The notes beneath the pieces are model-generated. The model was not told where the DNA came from. It saw only the letters and a list, made by a program, of their open reading frames with translations, and searched no databases. From IMG/VR virus record IMGVR_UViG_3300028920_000031: a DNA stretch of 38,907 nt, one strand, 5' to 3'. Position numbers and translations under genes: made by a program. This DNA is from an uncultured virus (IMG/VR IMGVR_UViG_3300028920_000031). Taxonomy: Duplodnaviria; Heunggongvirae; Uroviricota; Caudoviricetes. Shown piece after piece: positions 25,739 to 34,889 of the stretch; within the stretch, counting starts at the first letter, position 1, and the number at the start of each line of letters is the position of its first letter.

Positions 25739-26391
25739 TGATAATGGGCAACGGCCCGTCGATGACGGGCGTGGACCCGCGAAATTTCGGGCCCGCAGTC
25801 GACACTTTCGGCATGAAGAACGCCTACAGGTTTTTCCGCCGCATCTCCTGGTGGCCGACCTATTTTGCCTGCTTCGACTATACTGCGGCCGGCGAACGAA
25901 TCGACGAATTCAGGGCGCTGATTCTCGACCCCGAGGTGACGGTGGAGCAATTTTTCTTCCTCAAGAAGATATGTGAATCAGACAGGATCAGGGCCGTCCA
26001 GCTTCAGCCGGGCAAGCCGTTTGAGGGCACCTTCAACACGTTCGGGGACGGAGGCAACACTGCCACGAACTGCGCCCATGTTGCGGCGTGCTTGGGGTAT
26101 CGGAAGATCCTGCTCATCGGCGTCGACTGCAATTGGAAGCACGTGCCGCAGACTCCGGGAGCGTACGAAGTCGCCGATGTCAGGGCGAGTTGCGATTATT
26201 TCATTTCCGACTACAAGAAGGTCGGAGAGAAATACAACGCGCCAATGCCCGACACCTACCATTTTCCAGGATGGAGGAATTTCGCCGAGTACGCCGAGGG
26301 AGCGGGACTCGAAGTCGTGAACTGCAGTCCCGAATCGGCTCTGGAATGCTTCAGGAAGTCAACGCTGTCCCAAGAGCTTGCCAGCATCTAG
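25717..26391 (+). CDS. glycosyltransferase-like protein (GNGPS; sialyltransferase/Maf-like fold, 224 aa)
   Basis: IVIMGNGPS, LGYRKILLIGVD, VVNCSPESALECF motifs. Confidence 0.75.
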   Translation: MRQNDAIVIMGNGPSMTGVDPRNFGPAVDTFGMKNAYRFFRRISWWPTYFACFDYTAAGERIDEFRALILDPEVTVEQFFFLKKICESDRIRAVQLQPGKPFEGTFNTFGDGGNTATNCAHVAACLGYRKILLIGVDCNWKHVPQTPGAYEVADVRASCDYFISDYKKVGEKYNAPMPDTYHFPGWRNFAEYAEGAGLEVVNCSPESALECFRKSTLSQELASI

Positions 26392-26392
26392 C

Positions 26393-27207
26393 CTATTTTC
26401 CCGTTTCCCGATTCCTGTGCTCGAGGGCGGTGGCCAGCTGGTAATTCGAGGCGACTTCGACGTCCTGGACGGCCGCGGCCATGTCCTTGAGTGCCTTGTT
26501 AAGTTGGCGCCATGCCTCGCGCTGGTCCTCGTGTCCGTCCTCTATGCAAACCACCTAGTTGGCGGCGATGCTTCGTTCCGCCGCGCGGGTCAATTCCCGC
26601 GCGGCTTCGGTGATCCATCGCTGGTAGGATATCGCCAGACATTCTAGGAGTTTCTCGGGATCGCCTTCGTTCCTCGAAGTTTTCATCCTATTGCGGCAGG
26701 GAGACCCCGTCCTCTACAGGGAGCGGATCCAAAGGATCCGCGACCGATAGGGCGGGGAGGAACTGCCGCCTCCTGTGTTGTATAATGTTGTCAGCCAGTT
26801 TTTCCCTAGTAGGAATATGATATTGTCTGGTTAAGTCTCATATCGGAGTTTCGAAGGCACTCCCCGGGTTCAAACCGGGAGCCGCCCGGTTTGAACCCGG
26901 GCAACTGTTTGCAGGAACGCTGATGATATTTGACTGCTCGCCTTTTGGCGAGGGCTGCCGTCAGCCAGCCGAACGTGACGTCGGACGACCGCTCATGCGG
27001 TCGCCGCGGACAGTCACAAGCCCCGTCCTCTAAAGGCGGCGAAGCCGCCGGTAGGGCGGGGTAGTTGACTAGTATCTGGCTGACGGCGAAGATGTTGTTC
27101 TGCTCCTTACGGGAGCAGGCTCTGAAAGCTTCGGCGAACGGCCGCAGTTCGGGCGGGACTTCGTCGCCGCCCCCGTTGGCTACGATGAACTGGACGAACG
27201 TTCGCAT
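26393..27207 (-). pseudogene. gene split by an IS605-derived insertion, also with an internal TAG
   Basis: Removing 26693-27069 joins ...AVSQIL to NRMKTSRNEG... in frame; TAG at 26555-26557, then 53 more open codons. Confidence 0.65.
26693..27069 (+). mobile_element. 377-bp non-autonomous IS200/IS605 derivative retaining both ends and a tnpB 3' tail/omegaRNA-like region
   Basis: Matching CCCCGTCCT...AGGGCGGGG hairpins at both ends; right end GTAGTTGAC; TnpB-tail-like RAAVSQPNV; no target-site duplication. Confidence 0.8.
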
Positions 27208-27264
27208 GGTGCACTTCCTTGAAATCGATACAGGTTGATGACTGCGACTTCAGTCGTGAGCAGT

Positions 27265-29703
27265 CTACTTTTCGCTTTGCTTCTGCGATTTGGTGAATTC
27301 GGCGGCTTTTTGCTTCCTGAATTTCTCTTCCTCGAGACAGTCGTCGACGAGGGCCTGCAGGTCCTCTTCTTCCCAATCCTTGCCATGATTGTGCCGCCAA
27401 AAATGATCGTAGTAATCGGTGGACGCCCAAGACGGCTTGTCCGGTCTCTTGATCTTCCAGCGGTTGATGACCTTCTTTACGTGAGAAAGCTTGTCATCTT
27501 TCCAGCCGAGCTTTTCAAGAGCGGCCAAGGCGAACTTCAGTTCGGCCATTTTGCATTCCAGAGTCTGACTTTCCGACTTCATGAATCCCGCTTGGGGCTT
27601 GCCTTCGGGGGTGAGGTTTCCGGCATAATACTCTTCGGCAGCCAGCAGAAGCGGAGCCCACCGCAAGTATTCGGCTCGCGTTCTCGGATCATTGAAAAAT
27701 TGCTTGTAGTCGCCAGGCTCATAGCCGTCGACACAAAGGAGATCGCCGTCTTCCGCGGTGAAGGTCGTGCGGATTGGATCGCCTTCGCGAAGCTGTTCGC
27801 CCTGGCTGTTGTAGCCGTCTCTTTGACGCTCGCGGTTCCACTCGTAGGTGCATTTCTTTGCCCGGGGCATTCGCTTGTGCACAATCGCAAGATAGCCCGG
27901 TCCAGGATTCCCGTACGGACAGAAGCGCGTAGGACGCGAAGATCTGTCGTGACGCCAGTCCCTGTCGCGTTTTTCGCATTCCTTTTCAGCCTCTCGGCGT
28001 TCCCATGCGACCTGTTGTCCGACAGTGACGGCGCCCTTTTTCAGAAATCGGTTGCATTTTTTGCGGAATGCCTCGAAGTCCGGCTTTTCTCCGGCGGTCA
28101 GGGCCCGGTCGTCGTCGAGAATGACTTCGACAGCCTGCTGAAACCCTTTGTTTTCCCACAACCGCACTGGAGGGTGCGGATGCAGGACGGGAGAACGATC
28201 ATAGAGACCCTGGAGGATCAGGGCGATGCGGTTGTACTGCTTGATTTCGTCCTGAATCTTGGCTTGCATGTCGTCGTAGAACACCGAGCTCGGGTCGAAG
28301 GGCGCATAATTGTGGCCGTTGTCAAGTCTGTCTTTTCGGTGGTAGGGACTGTGCAAGCCGCATTTGTCCGGATGTTCCTCGATCCATTTCTGGTGAAGCT
28401 GCGTGTGTTTTTCGCGCTCCAGATACTCGCCCTCCGTGATGAATCCGTTAACCTTGTTGAAGCTGGTCAGGTCTGCGTAGAGCTTCTGCGTCCCGAACTG
28501 TCTGGGATCAGGTACGATCTTTGGTCCGAAATCCAGTGTCGTGGACATGCGGAACACCTGTTCTCCGTTGCGGATGTAGAGATAGGTCATGACTTCCTTT
28601 GACTCATACCACAACTTGACAAAGGCGTTTTCATCGGGATCCTGCTCCCTCTTGTGCCGTCTGACCCTGAATGCCACAATGCATCTTGGAAAGGGGAGCA
28701 GCCGCTTCAGATTTTCGGAACGGCAAATCCACTTGTCGAATTTCTCGAGGTCGTCGAATTTCATGCCGCCCGTCTGATAGTTGGCGAGACATTCCTCGTC
28801 CATATAGTGCCGTCTTTGCATGACGCGGAGCTTCTCGCCGATTTCTGCGGGCGATCCGTCTGCGACCCGCACAACCTGCTCAGTCAAGCCGGCGTACAGC
28901 TCGACGTGGAAAATCCTGTCTTCCACGTGCTTGACCAGTCCCTGCATTTGCGAAAGTTCGGCCGTCATGGGCATCAGTTCCGCGGACATCCAGCGGGCCA
29001 TGTTCGCGTTTTCCTCCTTGATCTGCTTGAAAAGCTCGGGAAGCTCCTCTTCCTTGGCCTTGATCAGGGCGGACTTGTATTCGTCGACGTCGGGAGCCTC
29101 GCTCATGGTCATCAGCGCTGTTCCGGGCTCTTGGCCGCCCTGCTCGATGCCCGCGCGGGGAGCTACGCCGATTCGTGCCGTAACCTCCTTGACTTCCAGC
29201 ATTAGAACCTTGGCAGCTTCGCGGTGCCTCTCGATGTTTTCGGAGATGACTCGCTCGGGATCGAACTCCCTGCGGCAGCGGTCGTGGAATTCGTCGAAAT
29301 GGATCCTGGTGCAGGAGCTGCCTTCGCGCGGACCGCGAACCTCGTGGATCTCGGCGAAGTTGGTGCCGACCTTGAGCACGCATCCGAGCCACTTCGTCGT
29401 CCACGCCGTCTTGTCGCATTCGCAGTTCGTATAGGGGCAGTTGCAATCGCTGACCCAGTACCACTGGCCCAGCCGTATCTCTTCTTCTTCGCGAATTTCG
29501 CGTTCGCCTTCTACGGGACTGCCGACGACGGACAGTGAGCCGGCCCTCCGCTCTTCGATACATTCGTCGCAGGGATATTTCTGCGGTATCTTTCCGCTGA
29601 CGACGGGGCAATCGGGATCGCCATACTTGCAGCCGTGTCTGGTACAGCAGTGGCCGGCATGGACGTCGTCGGACAACTTGGCGCAATTTTCCTGTCCGCT
29701 CAT
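27265..29703 (-). CDS. large hypothetical phage/MGE protein (812 aa)
   Basis: Long ORF behind promoter copy 7; Cys-rich N-terminal module and coiled coil; no recognisable catalytic motif. Confidence 0.85.
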   Translation of the reverse strand: MSGQENCAKLSDDVHAGHCCTRHGCKYGDPDCPVVSGKIPQKYPCDECIEERRAGSLSVVGSPVEGEREIREEEEIRLGQWYWVSDCNCPYTNCECDKTAWTTKWLGCVLKVGTNFAEIHEVRGPREGSSCTRIHFDEFHDRCRREFDPERVISENIERHREAAKVLMLEVKEVTARIGVAPRAGIEQGGQEPGTALMTMSEAPDVDEYKSALIKAKEEELPELFKQIKEENANMARWMSAELMPMTAELSQMQGLVKHVEDRIFHVELYAGLTEQVVRVADGSPAEIGEKLRVMQRRHYMDEECLANYQTGGMKFDDLEKFDKWICRSENLKRLLPFPRCIVAFRVRRHKREQDPDENAFVKLWYESKEVMTYLYIRNGEQVFRMSTTLDFGPKIVPDPRQFGTQKLYADLTSFNKVNGFITEGEYLEREKHTQLHQKWIEEHPDKCGLHSPYHRKDRLDNGHNYAPFDPSSVFYDDMQAKIQDEIKQYNRIALILQGLYDRSPVLHPHPPVRLWENKGFQQAVEVILDDDRALTAGEKPDFEAFRKKCNRFLKKGAVTVGQQVAWERREAEKECEKRDRDWRHDRSSRPTRFCPYGNPGPGYLAIVHKRMPRAKKCTYEWNRERQRDGYNSQGEQLREGDPIRTTFTAEDGDLLCVDGYEPGDYKQFFNDPRTRAEYLRWAPLLLAAEEYYAGNLTPEGKPQAGFMKSESQTLECKMAELKFALAALEKLGWKDDKLSHVKKVINRWKIKRPDKPSWASTDYYDHFWRHNHGKDWEEEDLQALVDDCLEEEKFRKQKAAEFTKSQKQSEK

Positions 29704-29767
29704 TTTCGCGCACCCCTTGGATAGCAGTATCGGCTGTGTTGCTTATCCGGTTTTCGGTTCATGCGCC

Positions 29768-29796
29768 AATATAGCATCTACCGAGTGTATGTCAAG
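29768..29796 (-). promoter_or_regulatory. sigma70-like promoter (copy 7)
   Basis: CTTGACA-N16-TATATT with extended -10 TG. Confidence 0.75.
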
Positions 29797-29808
29797 CCCG
29801 AAAGGACA

Positions 29809-30027
29809 TTATTTTTCGTCTAGTCGCGCAAGGGTCCAGCGTCCGTTTCTGGTGATGTCCACGGTGGAGATCCAATCTGTTCCGGTGGCGTCTGCCAAAT
29901 TGTTTTTCACCAGGAATCCGACATGGCGGGGATGCGGCAGCCGGCTCTTGATTACGCCAGTCGGCGACCGGGAAAGAGCCCGAAGGTTTTCGACGTGCTT
30001 TTCGGTTAGTTCCGCGGGCGTTTTCAT
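29809..30027 (-). CDS. small wHTH-like protein (72 aa)
   Basis: ATGA overlap; ...LVKNNLA...ITRNGR pattern. Confidence 0.55.
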   Translation of the reverse strand: MKTPAELTEKHVENLRALSRSPTGVIKSRLPHPRHVGFLVKNNLADATGTDWISTVDITRNGRWTLARLDEK

Positions 30028-30533
30028 GGATTCGTCCTGCCGTGTTTTTCGGGATCTTGCGGCCATCCAGTCACGCGGTAGCATTCGGGGCATCTTTCCA
30101 TGTCGCGGGGAATTAGGGCGCCGCACTTCATGCAGGGGACAAAATATTCCCCTCTTTCGAGTCTCTGCTTTGGCTTGTCGTTCCGCGTCACCCGGACGTG
30201 CGCCCTGTGACCAAGGACGAAATCGGAATTCCTGAAGTCGTCGAGGCTCATGCCCTCGATTTCGAGCCGGCATTTTCTAATGTCCCTGAAAATGCAGCAT
30301 ATCATGAAGAGATTCATCTTGGCCGATTCTGTCGCAATGTCGAATTCGTCACGGAGTACGCCTGCCTCCGGCAAATCTTGTCGCATCTGCAATGCATAGA
30401 AGGACGGGGGCCTGTCGGACAGTGTGTGGCCGTAGATTTCCGCAGTGTGGCCGCCGTAAGAATTTTGTCCGCGCAGGGCGTCTTCAAGTTCCGTCCAGAC
30501 GCGGAGCAGCCTTTCGGTCGATATCGTGATCAC
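30024..30533 (-). CDS. hypothetical protein with C-terminal zinc ribbon (169 aa)
   Basis: CMKCG...CPEC; GTGA overlap. Confidence 0.65.
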   Translation of the reverse strand: MITISTERLLRVWTELEDALRGQNSYGGHTAEIYGHTLSDRPPSFYALQMRQDLPEAGVLRDEFDIATESAKMNLFMICCIFRDIRKCRLEIEGMSLDDFRNSDFVLGHRAHVRVTRNDKPKQRLERGEYFVPCMKCGALIPRDMERCPECYRVTGWPQDPEKHGRTNP

Positions 30534-30898
30534 GGCATTTCGTCCTCATAGAGCACATATTCTTCGCTGCAAAGTTCACAGAGTCGACTCCAGCCCGGTA
30601 CGCTGTAGGCATAGGCGTCGGAGGCCATGCACCAAGCTGCCGAGAAATATCGGGCGAGCTTGGAGTCTCGGACTTCCTTGAGGTGCAGGATCTCTTCGCT
30701 GATCGTCCTGCCCGTGGGGGCGCTCTTGCTGTCTCCCGGCGTTTCGTAGGCGGGGTGGTTCAGCTGTATGTGGTGGGCAATGATGTCGACAAGCTCGTCC
30801 CACCAGGCATCGACGGTCTTCCACCAGTTTTTTGGACTGTCGACCCGCAGAAAGTATTTCCGGTCTTCTTCGGGCACGGGCTTGAACAGGTCGCTCAT
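30530..30898 (-). CDS. hypothetical protein (122 aa)
   Basis: RBS GGAGA; start trimmed to MSDLFKPV. Confidence 0.7.
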   Translation of the reverse strand: MSDLFKPVPEEDRKYFLRVDSPKNWWKTVDAWWDELVDIIAHHIQLNHPAYETPGDSKSAPTGRTISEEILHLKEVRDSKLARYFSAAWCMASDAYAYSVPGWSRLCELCSEEYVLYEDEMP

Positions 30899-31123
30899 GT
30901 TGTCTCTCCATTTCTTCTTTGGCCGTTCGGGCCGGGCTCGATCTTCGCGCTCATTTTTTCGAATTCCTTTTACGATCTTCGACGGCGAATGCAATCGCAG
31001 CTAGCGCAATCATCCCGGAAAGAAACGCCCACGCATACCATTCCTGCCTTAGCTGTTCGAAGCAGGCAAATCCGTTGATTGCGGCTATGAACAGCTAGAG
31101 ATATGGCGTCAACCTGTGTTGTT

Positions 31124-31918
31124 TCATTCGCACATTTTTTTCCATGCCTTGTGATCTATCTGCGCCTGCCGCGCCATCATCTTGTTGACGCGCTTCCAGA
31201 ACTTGTAGTTGCTTTCCTGGCTGCCGCGGCCCATCTGCACGCAGTCGATGTCCTTGCGCAAGTAGGAGAAGAACGTCACTAGGAGCTGCAGCGAGCAGAT
31301 TCTTTCGAGGTAGTCGTCAAATTCGCTACGATAGAAATAGCCGAAGTCGCGGTGGTAGATGTAGCATTGCCTGATCTCTGTCTTTTCGCGGATCAGAGAC
31401 CGGCCGAGCGCCTGCATTTCGCCGCTGGCAATCTTGTCCGCGATTTCCCTGGCTTCCTGCTGTGCCCGCTTGATGCCGTCTCCGACAGTTCCTTTCTTCC
31501 AAGGGTGCCTCTTCTTTGCTGCAAGTTCGAGAGCCGCTTCGTAGACCGGCTTCCTGAAGAGAATCAGCCTTGCCGGCGCTGATGCTTGGTCTTCGAGCGC
31601 TGCGGTTCGTCTCAGCACGAGACCGCGCACGACCGCCTTGACCAGTCCCTCGAAACTCTTGCGGCCTTCTTCTATTTCCTTTTCGTAGTGATCTTGGCTT
31701 GTATCGAACTTGAATTTCTTGTCGCCCGTCATCACCTTGAAGATGTAGTCCGTGTTCGAAGTTTCGACGATGTTTTCGAGAGCCCCGTAATCGTTGTAGG
31801 TCCCCTCGAACGGATAGAAGAGGAGTTCGTTCTTTTCGAGAATGAACAGCCCGACGGTTTCTTGGCCGTCTACGATCGGCAGGTGGCTGATAGCGCATGT
31901 TTCGTTCCAGCAACCCAT
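31124..31918 (-). CDS. hypothetical phage-type protein (264 aa)
   Basis: MGCWNETCAISHLPI...GTYNDYG N-terminus; RBS AAAGGA. Confidence 0.8.
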   Translation of the reverse strand: MGCWNETCAISHLPIVDGQETVGLFILEKNELLFYPFEGTYNDYGALENIVETSNTDYIFKVMTGDKKFKFDTSQDHYEKEIEEGRKSFEGLVKAVVRGLVLRRTAALEDQASAPARLILFRKPVYEAALELAAKKRHPWKKGTVGDGIKRAQQEAREIADKIASGEMQALGRSLIREKTEIRQCYIYHRDFGYFYRSEFDDYLERICSLQLLVTFFSYLRKDIDCVQMGRGSQESNYKFWKRVNKMMARQAQIDHKAWKKMCE

Positions 31919-32005
31919 AATGCTTCCTTTCTATTTTACTGTCAGCGCTCTATTAAAAGATAGACGACTTGGAAAACAAGATCGGGATTGGCCACGGGAT
32001 TCGAA

Positions 32006-32311
32006 TTAAGAGGCTGAAATTCCGCCAGTGCCGGTTTCGGCGGAACGTCCGAGGATTTTCCGCTTCCATTCGGGCCACGATTTCACAGTTTCGGAGGCTT
32101 CCCGGAGGTGTTCCAGAAACTTGTCGGCGCTCCAGAGTTCGCCGTATTGGTCGAGGAACTTTCGTACGCTGCCGTCCCTGTAGCAGTCTAGGCAAGCGGG
32201 CAGTCCGATGTAGCGTCCGCTCGTGGGTTTTTGACAGCAGACGCAGGGAGCCGGGTCTCTGTGTTCCTCCACCAGGCTCTGCAGATCGGGCAATTGCTTT
32301 GCATCGCTCAT
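32006..32311 (-). CDS. zinc-finger hypothetical protein (101 aa)
   Basis: CVCC...CLDC; ATGA overlap. Confidence 0.65.
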   Translation of the reverse strand: MSDAKQLPDLQSLVEEHRDPAPCVCCQKPTSGRYIGLPACLDCYRDGSVRKFLDQYGELWSADKFLEHLREASETVKSWPEWKRKILGRSAETGTGGISAS

Positions 32312-32586
32312 GATTCGTGTCCCAGCACCCTGTTTACCTCTTCCCAGGTCGGAACCCTGATCGGGCTCTTCTTCTCCGACTCCAGCGCGTCTATCCGCCT
32401 TTTGAGCTCCTCGATTTCCTTGGCGGAATCCGCCTGCTTCCGGGTCTTGACCTGCTCGATTTCTTCGGCGTTGCCGACGTGGAGGGCTTTGGCTGTGCCG
32501 TCCTCCAGGGCGTCGCCGAATTCCTTGAGGGCGTCCTTCAACGGCTTTGTCTCGCCGAAACTTCCGTCTCTGTACTCGGTCGCCAT
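32308..32586 (-). CDS. hypothetical protein (92 aa)
   Basis: RBS GAGGAGG. Confidence 0.7.
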   Translation of the reverse strand: MATEYRDGSFGETKPLKDALKEFGDALEDGTAKALHVGNAEEIEQVKTRKQADSAKEIEELKRRIDALESEKKSPIRVPTWEEVNRVLGHES

Positions 32587-32596
32587 GTCGTCCTCC

Positions 32597-32881
32597 TCAG
32601 TTGAGTTCGTGCTGGGGCTCGGGGAGCACCCTGGTCTCCATGTCGTCGGCAGGATCGCTGAGCTTGATTCCCATCTTGTCCAAACGGCCGTAGCCCTCAA
32701 CGAAGGAGTCGATCCAGCCGATGGCGCCTCGCGCCTGGAGTTGGGCGAGATGCTCGATGTGGTCCTCGAGCGTGTGAAAGGGGAAGAAGCTTGCGCGGAA
32801 AGCCTCCATGAACTCGGGGGTGAACTGCGACTCGTCGATTTCGACCTCGACAAAGGTCGTCACTTCAACTGTCCTCTTCAT
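32597..32881 (-). CDS. hypothetical phage-type protein (94 aa)
   Basis: RBS AGGAG; acidic protein, FVEGYG segment. Confidence 0.7.
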   Translation of the reverse strand: MKRTVEVTTFVEVEIDESQFTPEFMEAFRASFFPFHTLEDHIEHLAQLQARGAIGWIDSFVEGYGRLDKMGIKLSDPADDMETRVLPEPQHELN

Positions 32882-33431
32882 CGGGTTCTCCTATGACTTT
32901 GCGCCTCCTGAGGGGGGCAATCATTTTGTCCGCCAACTTTGCAAGGACGGCGCGTTTCTCGTCTTCCAGAATTTCCGCTACTATAAGCTCTGGCGAGTCT
33001 ATGGCAATTGCCTCGATCGCCGCCTTGAGTTGCCAGAGGGCAAACCTGCCGCGTTCGGCGTCGCCTCTCGACGTCACCGCCCACTTCGAGGGGTAGGAAT
33101 GCCCGTTCTCACAGGTGTCGTTGCCGTTCGGCCGCTTTTCCCTGCTCTCTCCCGGCGCGAAGCATCGCGGGCACCAGCCCAGCGGCGGGTCGGGCTCCTC
33201 TTTCGGGCGCTGGCAGGTCGGGCAGGGGATCTTCTCCTTGCCGCTGTCCACCTTCCCGCGCGTCGAGTTTTCGACTTCGCCGCTGCCGCCGCAGTTCGCG
33301 CAGGTGCCGACGGGGTCGCACATGTAGAAGCCCACGTCGCCGGTGCAGGGAGGGGCGTAGTGGCTAGCTTCCTTCGGCCCGAGTTCCTTCTGGCAGTTCG
33401 GGCAGGTTCTCTTCTTCGGTGTTCGTTTCAT
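32865..33431 (-). CDS. multi-zinc-finger protein (188 aa)
   Basis: CPNC, CANCGGSG (DnaJ-like), CPTC, CPRC...CENGH; RBS AGGAG. Confidence 0.7.
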   Translation of the reverse strand: MKRTPKKRTCPNCQKELGPKEASHYAPPCTGDVGFYMCDPVGTCANCGGSGEVENSTRGKVDSGKEKIPCPTCQRPKEEPDPPLGWCPRCFAPGESREKRPNGNDTCENGHSYPSKWAVTSRGDAERGRFALWQLKAAIEAIAIDSPELIVAEILEDEKRAVLAKLADKMIAPLRRRKVIGEPDEEDS

Positions 33432-33438
33432 CTGTCTC

Positions 33439-33612
33439 CTAGCCTCGTTCGCATTGTTTGCAGATTGATACGCGATACCCTTCAGCCGGCACGATTTCGT
33501 CTTCGATCCACTTGCCGCAGAGTCCGCAGTGGGCTCCGACAGCCAGATCCTCGATCCGCCACCAGCCGAACCGGTGCAGCAGTTTGACAATTAGTTCCGC
33601 ATGTTTTTTCAT
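33439..33612 (-). CDS. small zinc-finger protein (57 aa, not in ORF track)
   Basis: MKKHAELIVK...HCGLCGKW...ICKQC. Confidence 0.6.
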   Translation of the reverse strand: MKKHAELIVKLLHRFGWWRIEDLAVGAHCGLCGKWIEDEIVPAEGYRVSICKQCERG

Positions 33613-33637
33613 GATGTATCGGGCAATTCGATTTCCG

Positions 33638-34885
33638 TCAGGTTGCCTTGTCTATCTTGAGCTCGTGCAGTGCCTCGAATGCCTTGCGGTTCTCGGACGA
33701 CTCGAACTTGAGAATCAGCTGCTCGTGCTCGAAATCGTGCTCGATCTCCTGCAGGTCCGACGTTCCGGGGATTGATTTGCGGCAGTCCATGATCTCGCAG
33801 GCGCTGAAATACGGAATCTTGACGGTCAGGCGGCAGGACCCGGGCTGCTGGGAATCGTACGTCAGCCCCCGCAACAGCTCCAGCAGCTTCTGCCAGTCCC
33901 TGAGGGCTATCGCCGGCTTGGTGGCTCCGTGCTCCCTGCAGATCTCGGAAACTTTCTCGAGCCCCTTCTCGAGCTCTTCCTGTCTCGTGAGCGTCAGCTG
34001 GGTTGGCGGCTTGAGGTGGTGGCGGGCGGTGCAGTAGATCTCGATTATGACGTTCTGGTGCTTTCCGATGATTTTCTTTGCGCGTTCGAGCTCGCCGACG
34101 AGGGCGTTGAACCTTGCCTGTCTCACGACGTTGCCGTCAAAGCTGTCGACGACGGTGCAGAGCCTTTTTTCCTTGACGATGTCGCGAACGGCGTCGGCAA
34201 GCTTCTTCAGCCCGTCGTCCTGATCCCAGCCGAGCTCCCCGCCCCATACGGCGTCGGAAACGGCGCATGCGAAGTCCTGAAAAACGGCGTTGCCACGCTC
34301 TAGCACCTCGACATATTCATAGAGAATGCTCTCGGGATTCTTGGCCTCGACGTCTTGGCAGTCGCAGTGGTCGCGGACGAACTGCTCGATGCCGAGAAGC
34401 CGCCCCTCCAAGGTGCCGGCCATATCCCACGTTCCCTCGAGCGCCTTGGCGGCCGCCTCGAAGTCGCGGGAGCATATGTGGGTAGCCTCATGCCCGGTTC
34501 CGCGGATGCAGGCAATTTCCATGGGATTGCCGCCTTTGCGGTGCATCTTGGCGAAGGGTTCCAGGGCCTTCTTGAGCTGGCTCATCGGATGTTTCGGGCA
34601 GTTGGCGACATGCTCTTTGAGGATGTCCGCCATGGATGCCGGAACCTCGTCGTCCGGGCCGTAACGGTGTCCGCAATAGACACAGTTGATGTACATGCCG
34701 CTCTGGAGGTCGTCGATCCAGCCCTTCTGCCGCTTGATTTCCTCGCGGCTATCCAGAAGCTCCTGCAGCCATGCGGCGGTCCGCCGGTGTCTTTTGGCGC
34801 CGATTTTGTCGCCGCTCTTTTCGTCGAGGTCGGCGGCGATCATCTCGTGACTGGCGGCGTCCCTGATGTCTTCGTTTTCTTCCAT
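33638..34885 (-). CDS. multi-domain hypothetical protein (415 aa)
   Basis: Contains a CVYCGH...HVANCPKHP zinc-binding module; start trimmed to MEENEDIR. Confidence 0.75.
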   Translation of the reverse strand: MEENEDIRDAASHEMIAADLDEKSGDKIGAKRHRRTAAWLQELLDSREEIKRQKGWIDDLQSGMYINCVYCGHRYGPDDEVPASMADILKEHVANCPKHPMSQLKKALEPFAKMHRKGGNPMEIACIRGTGHEATHICSRDFEAAAKALEGTWDMAGTLEGRLLGIEQFVRDHCDCQDVEAKNPESILYEYVEVLERGNAVFQDFACAVSDAVWGGELGWDQDDGLKKLADAVRDIVKEKRLCTVVDSFDGNVVRQARFNALVGELERAKKIIGKHQNVIIEIYCTARHHLKPPTQLTLTRQEELEKGLEKVSEICREHGATKPAIALRDWQKLLELLRGLTYDSQQPGSCRLTVKIPYFSACEIMDCRKSIPGTSDLQEIEHDFEHEQLILKFESSENRKAFEALHELKIDKAT

Positions 34886-34889
34886 TTCT

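Noticed and set aside
26693..27069. Group I intron / IStron
   Set aside because: In the host gene's sense the insert is not preceded by U and does not end in G; no P7-like core recognised
31084..31112. Ninth promoter copy (TTGACG...CATAGC)
   Set aside because: Lacks the leading C, needs a 17-nt spacer and has a poor -10 box
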